Assembly (NCBI GenBank): GCA_963841565.1
Contig: CAWJCY010000004.1
Span: forward strand, 50,350 to 114,349
DNA length: 64,000 nucleotides
Direction of reading: 5' to 3'
Source of the DNA: an uncultured Nitrososphaerales archaeon
GTDB lineage: Archaea > Thermoproteota > Nitrososphaeria > Nitrososphaerales > Nitrososphaeraceae
Position numbers and translations under genes: made by a program. The notes under the pieces are model-generated. The model had not been told where the DNA came from. It did not search any database and saw nothing but the letters and a program-made list of their open reading frames with translations. Below are positions 54,684-64,000 of the stretch, one piece after another (the first letter of the stretch is position 1; each line of letters opens with the position of its first letter).

Positions 54684-55145
54684 TTATGGAACAGCCATTC
54701 CAGTAGAGGATAATGCTCTATTAATATTGTTTGTAATTTGTTCCAGGAGTGGATTGGTCTGCTCGAAATCATCTTCTTCACTCGATGTTGCATCTTGTTG
54801 TGAGTCACTACTGTCATCATCGTTTGTATCTTGTGAGTCACTACTGTCATCATCGTTTGTATCTTGTGAGTCACTACTGTCACCGTTGTCACCGTTGTCA
54901 CCATCGTCATTAGATCCAGAAGAGCCAGAAGATTCATCATCGTTGCTATCATCATTATTATCGTTCTCATCATCATTGCTATCTGAAGCTACAGGAGCTG
55001 GTGTTAAAGGTGCACTATTCAATGTAGAGGTGCTGTTCTGCGCAAATACGGAATTTTGGCTTTCATCAATTGTAATTAGTATGACCGTGGATAGCAGTAA
55101 TACAGCTGTTAGTGCGCTGAATCTGACATGTTGGATGTTAATCAA
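54684..55145 (-). CDS. Secreted D/S/N-rich protein with 33-bp internal repeats
   Basis: Signal peptide ending in VFA; (DDDSSDSQDTN) repeats; amphipathic C-terminal helix. Confidence 0.78.
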   Translation of the reverse strand: MINIQHVRFSALTAVLLLSTVILITIDESQNSVFAQNSTSTLNSAPLTPAPVASDSNDDENDNNDDSNDDESSGSSGSNDDGDNGDNGDSSDSQDTNDDDSSDSQDTNDDDSSDSQQDATSSEEDDFEQTNPLLEQITNNINRALSSTGMAVP

Positions 55146-55554
55146 TTTCTATTCTAAATCTGCTATTTAACTACAAGTTTTATCTTGGTTAATTCAGATT
55201 TATAGTATATTTTTTCGATAACTAATCATGTGGAAAATGCAGCCGCAATTTGTAGCTGCATTTGAGGCAATCAGCAATCCTCTCGCAATCAACAGCGATA
55301 ACTAATGTCATCTACAAACCTATGTGCACGTCATTACTATAGATAGTACTATTCTCAATTCTTATCCGCATACTGATGCGGGTTGAATTCTCTGTGTTGG
55401 TCGTGTCTGCGTCTGCGTAGGTTGTGTTGTTGATTATAGCAATTCGAAAAATAAGATAATTAATTATTATGTTAGTCTTATAATAGAAACAAAATCTAAA
55501 TCGTATCTTTTGAACCTGCCGTTGCTATTTGAACTACTGGAGGTTAGCGCATAG

Positions 55555-56230
55555 CCAAACATTCAGCTTCTGACCAAGCCGCTTGAATGGCATTATCTTT
55601 TTCGTATGTCGAGGATTGTCCCACCAACCCACAAGACCTTTGCATCTGCCACATCGAAGCCCTGTTCTCAAATCGTTTATCTTAAAAAACTCTAGCGTCA
55701 TAGAATCATTCAAAGATCTGTTGCAAATACAATCTTCGGTCCAATGCAATTTAGTATATTATAGCCAATATAGGATATTACACGATGTGATTCATCATAC
55801 TATTAGAATAGTACTGGATCAGGTACTAGTTATATTCAGCAGGATGACAATAACCTTTTTTAGGCCTATTATAGTGGGGGCGTATTGATTGTAGCAATTC
55901 TAAAAATAAGACAATAGAAACAAACCTAAGTCGTATCTGTTGAACCTGCCGTTGCTACCTCCGCAGTGGCAAACCTATCTCCTACAGAATTAACCTTGAT
56001 CTTTACACTCTTGTCCCCAACTTTTGCATGTTTTACGAAAATAACAAAGCCTCCAATTCTCGCAATACCGTCTCCGCCTCTACCTGTGTCAGTAATATCT
56101 ACCGTGTATTCTTTGCCTGTTTCTACAGGTTTTGAGAAGCCGCCCGTTGTTCTCGTATTCTGTCCGTAACTCATTAAAAGTCGTATTTAATGGGCATTAA
56201 GGTAATATGAACTAACGTATTAAACGTATT
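55555..56230 (-). repeat. Inverted ~670-bp duplicate of 41370-42040 (promoter + TRAM + downstream unknown ORF)
   Basis: Colinear similarity from TTAGTTCATATTAC through the TRAM gene to GGTCAGAAGCTGAATGTTTGGCTAT. Confidence 0.9.
55926..56174 (-). CDS. Single TRAM-domain protein
   Basis: KPVETGKEYTVDITDTGRGGDGIARIGGFVIFV. Confidence 0.92.
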   Translation of the reverse strand: MSYGQNTRTTGGFSKPVETGKEYTVDITDTGRGGDGIARIGGFVIFVKHAKVGDKSVKIKVNSVGDRFATAEVATAGSTDTT

Positions 56231-56261
56231 AGGGCCGTCACATTCGTACGTCTTATGACAT

Positions 56262-56881
56262 CTATTTATCCATCCGCTTTAATTGTTGGTTTTTGATATC
56301 AATAGCTTTACCAAGATCTGACAATTGAGCGGACCATAGAATTACCTTATTCATCGAATTTCTCTTTTGGCTCTCTAGATTTGTTATCTCGTCGCTAAGA
56401 TATTGAACTCTGTTCACTAAATCAGATAAATCATAATTTGCATATCTGATAAGCTTAGAGATATTTTTTCATCTAACATACGACGCTCTTTCAAACAGTG
56501 AAATATCTTCAAAAAAGATGGCAAATAAGTCTTAACCTCATTGTACACAAATGCCAAATCGTACAGCCCATTCAAAGCCCAGAACTCCTCTTGGATATCA
56601 TGAACTTCCGAAGCTGTCAGATCTAATTCTATCGCAACTTCAATAGGTTTTTTTCCATTTGAAAATAGCCACAACGCCTTTGTTTCTCTGGACTTGTTTT
56701 TGATATCTATTTTAGCTTCAATTCCAACATCATTGTCCCGTCCATCTATTTTTCGTATAATCGCTCCAATATCGGTAAAAGACAAATGCGCTGCTGCCGC
56801 AATCTCACGTATGGTCTTACCCTGTCGGTATAACTCGATGACTAGCTGCTCTTTTTCTCGCCTGTTTAATACCAGTTGCAA
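56262..56881 (-). CDS. Tandem-HTH + coiled-coil protein of integrative-element type, frameshifted near 56465
   Basis: 'EQLVIELYRQGKTIREIA...HLSF.DIG.I', second HTH 'GKKPIEVAIELDL'; coiled coil continues in the adjacent frame to TAG at 56262. Confidence 0.75.
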
Positions 56882-57062
56882 TATGTTTTATTAATACTCA
56901 TTACAGATAGCTTTTTCTGTCTCTGTTATTGGTTGTTATCTACTGTTACCGCTTAATATCGTCTGTTGTTTTGTACCGTCTAATACTCGTGATGCAAACT
57001 TCAATATGTGTCTTATAGGTGATGTATTTACAACCGTTAAATACCATTTTGAATAGCTCTAA

Positions 57063-57233
57063 ATGAAAATGGTTCTCGGAACTCTAGTGTACATAATTAT
57101 TATCATTGTCGTTATTATTGTTATAATAGCTCTACTCAAATTTCTTTTTCAATTGTTCTTTCTAATACCGGTTGGAACGGATCATTACATGGATATTCTA
57201 TATGCTAAAGAGATTTTACTATCGATGAACTAG
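57063..57233 (+). CDS. Small single-TM membrane protein (56 aa, below the ORF track cutoff)
   Basis: MKMVLGTLVYIIIIIVVIIVIIALLKFLFQLFFLIP... Confidence 0.6.
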   Translation: MKMVLGTLVYIIIIIVVIIVIIALLKFLFQLFFLIPVGTDHYMDILYAKEILLSMN

Positions 57234-57295
57234 ATTGAGTCTGGCTGTAATGGCATTTGCTACAATCAGTTTTAATTGATGTATTCAACTTGCAA

Positions 57296-57763
57296 TTAAT
57301 TCTTTACGGTCTCAGCCACTAGATCAGTTAAACGATCTGTGTCAAACGGTTTTTGTATGTATTTTGATATGTAATTTCCGTTTTCTAAATCTCTTATAAG
57401 CTCATTATCTACATTATATGCTGAATTGAGAATTATTTTGGTTCCACTGTATTCTTTTATCTTGCGAGCAACAGAATCACCCATCATATCATCCAGTTTA
57501 TAATCCAATAGTATGAGATGTATTTTGTTACCCCGATTTATTTCCTCTATGTACCTCTCAATACACTCTTCGCCAGAGTCTACCATTATTACATCGTATC
57601 TTGACCCGAGCACTAACCCAAATAATAAACGCACATCTGGTTCGTTCTCACATATCATTATCGTTTTCTTTTTTCTTTCAAAATTATTATGATGATTATA
57701 AGTTAAATTCAAATGCGTGACTACAAACTTTGGCGCACTGGGTATAAAGACCTTTAGAACCAC
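57296..57763 (-). CDS. Stand-alone response regulator receiver protein
   Basis: IMICENE, LILLDYKL...G, SAY, KPF. True start is probably downstream of 57763. Confidence 0.85.
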   Translation of the reverse strand: MVLKVFIPSAPKFVVTHLNLTYNHHNNFERKKKTIMICENEPDVRLLFGLVLGSRYDVIMVDSGEECIERYIEEINRGNKIHLILLDYKLDDMMGDSVARKIKEYSGTKIILNSAYNVDNELIRDLENGNYISKYIQKPFDTDRLTDLVAETVKN

Positions 57764-57860
57764 ATTACCTTAGGATATAAGCTTCAACAGGTGTCTTGTA
57801 GAGGCGAGTTTCATAATAGTCAAATTTTATGAACGACAATTCACTCATGGATTATCGGGG

Positions 57861-58097
57861 ATGGCCATCACTGCATTAATCTTGACCAGAAAGAGAAAGC
57901 TGTATTATTTCGTTGCAATAGGTACATCATGGATAGCATTTGTTCTATTGGAAGTCTATGAACTCGCGGCAGTGGCGACCGGTTTTGGGGGCGGATATAT
58001 TCAGACTGAACCGATGGATATTGCAATTGATCTGTGGGTGGATTCATTAGGCGCTTTAGCAGTTTGTTTCCTATATGATGAGTTTAGTCATGAGTGA
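57861..58097 (+). CDS. Small membrane protein (possibly a 5'-truncated fragment)
   Basis: Hydrophobic segments with 'EVYE...D...DL..D.LGA'. Confidence 0.5.
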   Translation: MAITALILTRKRKLYYFVAIGTSWIAFVLLEVYELAAVATGFGGGYIQTEPMDIAIDLWVDSLGALAVCFLYDEFSHE

Positions 58098-58157
58098 CAA
58101 ATCGACAGCGACATCATACAACAATTCAGCTATTGTAGGTCGGTCTGTTTGTTATGG

Positions 58158-58427
58158 TTATTGATCGGCTTCATCCGCCTTTGGAGTATTAGGGGATACA
58201 TCAGATTTGCTTGCAATCCCAATATGTTCATGATGCATGCTATTACTGTCATCGTGGTTTAATGAGGGGGTAGAATATTTCTCTTTTTCTGCCATACAAT
58301 CATTGCATGTCCATGAACCGTCAACATATTTACCCAATTTTACTCTTCCATGATTTTCTATTTCCATTTCTATAGAATCAGTAACAGGCGAATTACATTG
58401 GTCACATCGAGGCAGAGAATTTTCCAT
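58158..58427 (-). CDS. Small Zn-finger-like protein
   Basis: CDQC...WTCNDC. Confidence 0.6.
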   Translation of the reverse strand: MENSLPRCDQCNSPVTDSIEMEIENHGRVKLGKYVDGSWTCNDCMAEKEKYSTPSLNHDDSNSMHHEHIGIASKSDVSPNTPKADEADQ

Positions 58428-58607
58428 AGTAATAACTTAATAAAACGTTATAAATATTAATTCTATGTTAATACAATAACTATTGCGACCAGAACGCCAG
58501 TTAGTAGATTCGTTTTTTTCATTCGGGGTTTTCCGGCATATTCTGCGGTGCTATCAATCTTCCTCAAGTTTGTGTCTGTTTCTATAACTAGGTATTGTTC
58601 TCATCTC

Positions 58608-59849
58608 TTAGCCACCTACTGTTGCAGGTTGTATTGCCTGTGTAGATTGTGTTGCTGTCTGCGTCTGTGTAGTTTGTGTTGCTGTCTGTGTCGGTTGTGT
58701 TTTCGTATTTAATATGCTGCTATCTACTAGTGCTTGGCAGACTAGTTGTGTGTTACCGATTTGCGTACATCCCACAACGAAGCCATCGGAGTATGCTTTC
58801 TGGCCGTCTGTATAAAGTCCACACGCTAGATATTTAGGGGTATCAAACTTTTGTTCTATTCCATTTGCGCTGCCATCAAGTCTACAATTTGATACATCGA
58901 CTGCATTTGCATTTGCAGTTGCAGTTGCAGTTGCAGTTGGAGTTGGACTCTGGATCACGGTTGTTTCGTGAACAATTTTGGTCCTATCATTATCGTTACC
59001 TTTGTTACTATTTCCATAACACTCTTTCATAAGAGGGTTTTTCTTACAGAAATCTTTGTATTCGGTGCTGACGTCTACACAATCTTTCCAATCAGCTTTA
59101 TGCGTTCCATCGTTACATGGATACAGTTTAGTGTCTTGACTATAATCTTTTACATCCCAGCAGTTTTTTGAGTCTTCAGCGGCGGGTGTATTACAATATG
59201 GCGATGGATCTTTTGGAGGGGGACATGATTGATCGGCTACTACAATAATTCCGTCATAACATTCTTTTTGTTCTTGTGGCGGGTGATTTTGACAATCACT
59301 CATATCATCATTACATTCACATTCATGTGCAGTAGTTCCTGCAACACATACATCTCCATTCTTAGTTACACAATCCTGAAATGTTCCATCACAGAGTGGT
59401 AATCTAGTTGCTGACGCCTGATCAGTCTCAGGACAATCTTCGTCTACTCTATCTTCTTCAACCTGTGTTTGACCATCTGGACATAAGACTAATACTGGTT
59501 CTTCCTCATCTTGTGGGCATGGTTCTCTAGGATTTACAAACACTCCATTACCACAATCAACCACTCCTGTCTCTCCTGCCTCTTCTGGAGTCGGTAAGCC
59601 TGCATATGGATCTTCGTCATCTTCATTATATGGATCTTCCTCTTCCCCTGGTCTACCAGCGTCTTCCCAATCTTCTTGCTCTTGTTCATCTATCTCCTCT
59701 TTCTCTTCATCACTAGAGTCATCTGGATATGTATAACCGTCATCTTCCGTGGTTGCCGATGCATATATTGACAACTGATTCCATGTTATCATGGTTATTG
59801 CCATCATAGCTATCAAAGAACAGAATGCGGCTTTCCGAATATTATTCAT
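58608..59849 (-). CDS. Secreted acidic, Cys-rich repeat protein with Thr/Gln-rich tail
   Basis: Signal peptide; multiple short C.DG..V....CP modules; T/A linker; C-terminal Cys domain. Confidence 0.8.
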   Translation of the reverse strand: MNNIRKAAFCSLIAMMAITMITWNQLSIYASATTEDDGYTYPDDSSDEEKEEIDEQEQEDWEDAGRPGEEEDPYNEDDEDPYAGLPTPEEAGETGVVDCGNGVFVNPREPCPQDEEEPVLVLCPDGQTQVEEDRVDEDCPETDQASATRLPLCDGTFQDCVTKNGDVCVAGTTAHECECNDDMSDCQNHPPQEQKECYDGIIVVADQSCPPPKDPSPYCNTPAAEDSKNCWDVKDYSQDTKLYPCNDGTHKADWKDCVDVSTEYKDFCKKNPLMKECYGNSNKGNDNDRTKIVHETTVIQSPTPTATATATANANAVDVSNCRLDGSANGIEQKFDTPKYLACGLYTDGQKAYSDGFVVGCTQIGNTQLVCQALVDSSILNTKTQPTQTATQTTQTQTATQSTQAIQPATVGG

Positions 59850-59899
59850 TTTTTACCATCATTAACCAGGTTTCTCAAAAAAAAAGATATCAGTTGTCA

Positions 59900-60268
59900 T
59901 CAATTATTATTGTTTTGTTGGTTACCATACAATAAGCCTGCAGCATTCCACCCAGCGAAATAACCGCTCTTGTACAATGCACAATATGCATCCGGATTTT
60001 GGGCATTATTATTTGGATCACAATAAGCCTGGCTCGACCCATCATTTAGTCTGGCGTCTCTTCCATCTTGATAACCTTGATCAAATGCCCCACTGGAAGA
60101 ATAGACAGGCTGTTGTTGTGTGGCTAAACTGACAGTGATGAGTAATGCTGCAACGATTGTTCCGGTTTTGAGAGCCTTTTGGTGTGTCATACCGTACATA
60201 TGGATACACGGTAATATATAGCTGGTTATTTGTAGTATTATGTAGTCTGATAGTATAGTTATTAACAC
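59900..60268 (-). CDS. Small secreted 'GYxxG' Cys-pair protein
   Basis: Signal-like segment (start likely at the later Met); GYQDG...C...YC..Y..GY..GW. Confidence 0.7.
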   Translation of the reverse strand: MLITILSDYIILQITSYILPCIHMYGMTHQKALKTGTIVAALLITVSLATQQQPVYSSSGAFDQGYQDGRDARLNDGSSQAYCDPNNNAQNPDAYCALYKSGYFAGWNAAGLLYGNQQNNNN

Positions 60269-60443
60269 AATAGCGTTATGCTCTTGGTACGTACATTGGG
60301 TGGTATCGCTGTGCCGTATGTGCCAGGTTACGAGGAGCTTAGATTAACTATGTCTTAACTACATAATGAGATGATATATATAAAATATCTTGGCTCTGTC
60401 AGGTCTTCGGCGGGCCTGTAAAAAATCATCGGATCAAATCCAT

Positions 60444-60650
60444 TTAAGCCCTAATTCTCTTATTTTTGCATACATGTGTTAAAGCTTGTTTACGAGATTC
60501 GAATTGCAATCCACACGTTTTGCATTCATAAACACGCTTAATTTGTGTTACCATCTTCTTCGACGGAGAATCCCTAGAATCTTTAGCGGGCGGTAACTCC
60601 ACTCTTTCTTCATCTCCGGCTCTGGGTGACTTAGTCTTAGTTTGACGCAT
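60444..60650 (-). CDS. Small C2HC/C2H2 zinc-finger protein
   Basis: YECKTCGLQF......LTHVC. Confidence 0.7.
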   Translation of the reverse strand: MRQTKTKSPRAGDEERVELPPAKDSRDSPSKKMVTQIKRVYECKTCGLQFESRKQALTHVCKNKRIRA

Positions 60651-61740
60651 GGGAAATTATACATCTGGGTTGTATTAAAATAAATAAGAAATGACCACAT
60701 GTATGAGATTGAAGATTAAAGAGAATGTGAGCATACACCACTCTCCCCCACCTCAAAGTCATCTGGTATATAATAATCATTTGTGATAAATATCATTTTG
60801 TCAAGACAGTACCGCGTCAGGCTTGTTCCCCCAAAAACAAGATTTGAAAATTCGAGTTAGTGTATTCTTGCGAGAACTGTAGTTTTTTATTAAGATGTGT
60901 ATAGTCAACAAACTCCTATGCTATCAACTCTAGTTTTGTATTTCCACGCTAATCTCTGACTCCAAATCTTGAATTTCGTTTAGCTGTTTTCTTAGCCGAT
61001 TTGCATGCTGGTAGTTATTGTTGGCTTCTGTTATCTCATAGCGCGTGATTATCTCCATATTTCAAATCAGACAGCCGACGCAAGATACTCTCAAGAGTAT
61101 CGATCTCATTTATTAAGACGTCTGACTCTCGAAGATTGTTAGATTCTTTCAGCTATTAAGCTCGTCCTTGAAATTCTACTCTGATAGTTGATAATTTCCG
61201 ATCATAACTGTGAATGCTATGACTACATTTTGTTCCCATTCTCATCACTGTAAATCCGATTCATAAAAAAATGATTAGTTTAAAAAAAGAAGAGAGGAGA
61301 TGTTGCAATGATCCAACCCTGAACAGGTGGTCGTCATTCACCTTGGTCTTGCACACATTTTTGAAGATGGCACTCTTGAAAATAGGATTCTAGAAATGGT
61401 GAGACTGTCCATCTTTTTGGTTAATTCTAATTTCTGTGCGCACAATCTGCACCATAGATACGCGCATCATTCTTCCGGTAAATCCCGACGTTATCATGGA
61501 AATCTTCATTGAAAAAATGGGATACTGAGAGGTGATGAGACTGAATTTCGTCTGGTCATTTTTCAATTTCTGCGCGCACAATCTACAAAAATCGATACAA
61601 ACACCATTTTTGCGTCGCCTAACTCGACACTTGGATGATAATTATCACAGTCAAGAAAGAGAAAAAGATAACGGACGGTAACAACTGGTAACGCCTTATT
61701 TATCTCGTGCGCGCATAAACTATACAGGATACTCGAAAAA

Positions 61741-62057
61741 ATGTCGGTACAATCACAAACCCTTTCAGACAAAAGGAGAATGAAGGAACTGAAAGTCCTA
61801 CAACTACACGAACAGGGGTATTCATACCGAAAAATTGCATCTTTAGTTCATTTGTCATTAAGGGATGTGACCGAATACATACATAGAATTTCAAATAAGA
61901 CTAAATCTCCCTCAACCACCTCCGTTATGGATGAAGTTGTACTTGAATATCGTATCTCGGGGATGAAACTCGAAATAAGAGATCTTGCAATAGAAAGGGA
62001 CAATCTCAAGAATGATGTGAATGATTTGGGCGCGCAAAAATACCAATTACAGATATA
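61741..62057 (+). pseudogene. HTH + coiled-coil protein, 3'-truncated by an opposite-strand fragment
   Basis: 'VLQLHEQGYSYRKIASLVHLSLRDV' is related to 56262-56881; after ~62057 the ORF reads as antisense of the neighbouring fragment. Confidence 0.65.
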
Positions 62058-62610
62058 CGTATCATTTATTCTTCTGATGAAAAATGATCTAACGATTTGT
62101 TCATTCTCTGCAAAAACATCTTTTATATCTGAATCTTGTACAAACTTCGCTACCCATTCAGGAACTTCTACGCGCGCAGATTTGAAAAATTCTGTAAGAA
62201 TAGTAGTACCTATAGTCTTCCACTCATTATTTTTCAATAAATCCTGGTTGTTTATTAAATAGTTAATAGTGAAATCGCCTAGTGTTCCAAGATGTTGTAT
62301 GTTATTGGATAAGAACTTGTTGAACTCTTTGATTTCTTAGTCGGTATGAAAGTCATCCATCGAGGAACGTATGTGGATAACCCTTCTCATAAAGGCAGGA
62401 TCGCCAGGTGGCGCGTGATTACTGGTTAAAATACAAGGACTCAAGGCACTGATGTATTCTGCAGTAGATCTAGTCGCCAATCTACCCCTTGCAGTCTGAC
62501 TCTGAATTGCATGTTTTAGTGCCTCTACTAGTTGTCTCTGCCTGTCATCTGATAGTGTCACTTCGTTAATTAGAACGGGGAATGTATCGTAACTAATTGC
62601 GCGCCCAAAA
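62058..62610 (-). pseudogene. Internal fragment of a mobile-element replication ATPase/helicase-like protein
   Basis: 'FGRAISYDTFPVLINEV' (Walker B-like), 'CILTSN' (sensor-like), 'D.AFMRR' (Arg-finger-like). In-frame TAA at 62337-62339; both ends missing. Confidence 0.6.
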
Positions 62611-63032
62611 TTGCAATTTATAGGTTCAAGTGCACGCAAAAAAAATCAGAATTAGATACTGTGAAAAAGGATTTAGAATATGAGAGGTTTTCAAAAGATA
62701 TATTTAAAGAAATCCGCGCATAATCTACAAAAATCGATAAGGTTACCGATAAATTGAATATTACTATATCCACAATTTCAAGTACCTAGTCTTCGTATAT
62801 TTCTCGGATGTTAATTTCTGCGCGCGCTAAAAATAATTCAACCATCACGATATTGTCGACAACACCGTGGTCGTCATTTACCGACGTGGGATCGTGATTG
62901 AGGATTGCAAAGATACCAGTGATTGAGGATTGGAAAATACCAGTTGATCGTACTGTGATAGTACGTATATTATCGATACCGTAGATTCTCAAACTTTAAA
63001 CTGAGAAAGGAAGAGGGTATTTAATCTAAAAG

Positions 63033-63230
63033 TCAATCGATTTTTGTTAAGCGATACTTTCCCATATACTTGTTCTCCTTTCCATCTCGTTTAAAGACGA
63101 TATAGTGTATTATGTCGTTCTCTAAATCTTCAACGAACCGATCTGGAACTACAAATTCGGTCTTATCAGTCTCGTATTCTGCATTATTTGCAAATTCCAT
63201 CAGTCGGGTTGCAACATATAACATCTTGTA
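63033..63230 (-). CDS. Hypothetical protein or 3' fragment
   Basis: Protein-like only from ~63230 downward (YKMLYVATRLMEF...). Confidence 0.4.
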   Translation of the reverse strand, partial: YKMLYVATRLMEFANNAEYETDKTEFVVPDRFVEDLENDIIHYIVFKRDGKENKYMGKYRLTKID

Positions 63231-63234
63231 TATT

Positions 63235-63655
63235 TCCTGAAGAAGACAGATTCGAGAAAGTATGTCAGGAATTGAAAGATTTGGCTTATAAAATCTGGTC
63301 AATATATCAGATTGACATTCAATCTCTGCTAGGCAAGATACTCTTTGTCGAAAAACCTTCAGAACAGGACAAAGAATATTTGAATTCGCACTTCGGTTAC
63401 ACGGCTACGGAAAAGTTTGTCGTCGTCGAGTCGCATGATCATCGACGTGACCTACTAAAACAAGGAAATGAAGCCTACAAGAAAAAAAGAAAATTCTTCT
63501 CAAAAGACCTTGCTAAATCTAGAGCCATATTGGTCGAAGAATCACTAGAAAAATACAAGAGATTAACCGACAATATGAGGATAACACCCTCCGAAGCGGT
63601 TAACTATGAGTTAATTTATGATATATTATATCCAACACCTGTTTATCAGATCTAA
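63235..63655 (+). CDS. Hypothetical protein, probably a 5'-truncated fragment
   Basis: Charged helical composition from ~63235 (EEDRFEKVCQELK...). Confidence 0.45.
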
Positions 63656-64000
63656 TGGTGTGAACATTCCTTATAGGTTCCATTCTGAATAAGTTGCCTT
63701 GCGACCTCACTCTTACTTAACTCATCGATGTTATGTAACACAGAAATTAATGTCTGAATCTGTGATTGCATAGAATTAACTTGACCTCCTAGAACCGTGT
63801 GTTTGCTCTCCTTGTCTCTTTCAGACGTTATTGTTTCATTATAGGCATTATAGTCAATACCATACCACATTTCGCACAAAACTTTGATTCAGGTTTGTTC
63901 GGCTCGTCACAATCTGGGCATTGTTTTGGGAGTAGACCATTGACTTGTTTCAAATTATCATCATTGATTATGCCATAGGCCTGAAGTATAGAATTTGATG
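63652..64000 (-). mobile_element. C-terminal Zn-ribbon/coiled-coil part of a probable tyrosine integrase (continues beyond the window), frameshift near 63855
   Basis: SNSILQAYGI...LPKQCPDCDEPNKPESKFCAKCGMVLT|YNAYNET..., a double Zn-ribbon tail that I recall from thaumarchaeal integrases. Catalytic residues are not within the window. Confidence 0.6.

Noticed and set aside
60920-61240. Decayed coiled-coil gene on the minus strand
   Set aside because: Protein-like stretches are broken by several stops and frameshifts; too degraded to assign.

Overview
Low-GC archaeal chromosome segment. The gene content (Dph5-DUF357 fusion, TFB paralog, single-OB SSB, PAC2, intron-containing tRNA-Leu, GvpD-like ATPase, TRAM and YVTN proteins) points to a soil ammonia-oxidising archaeon (Nitrososphaeraceae-like; inference). 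Positions ~1-23.4 kb are mostly intact housekeeping and physiology genes: dph5, GvpD/RAD55-like ATPase, PPP phosphatase, TFB, GT2, tRNA-Leu(CAA), SSB, PAC2, Pol IV, GH5, four HdeD/DUF308 paralogs, MFS, isochorismatase family and a C-N hydrolase. From ~23.5 kb to the end the window is a gene-sparse, rearranged accessory region. It holds locally duplicated small genes (TRAM, Zn-ribbon, DUF72, acidic secreted proteins), pseudogenes, a tRNA 3'-end fragment resembling an att site, and remnants of an integrative element (HTH, replication-ATPase-like fragment, integrase-like C-terminus). The most unusual signals are non-coding: a dispersed and partly arrayed family of ~12 homologous + strand hairpins with conserved stems and variable loops, and a 10 x 11-bp iteron-like array whose flank has an inverted degenerate copy 3.7 kb away. 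Many single-base frameshifts may be sequencing errors. All calls are by eye from sequence motifs; no database search was run.
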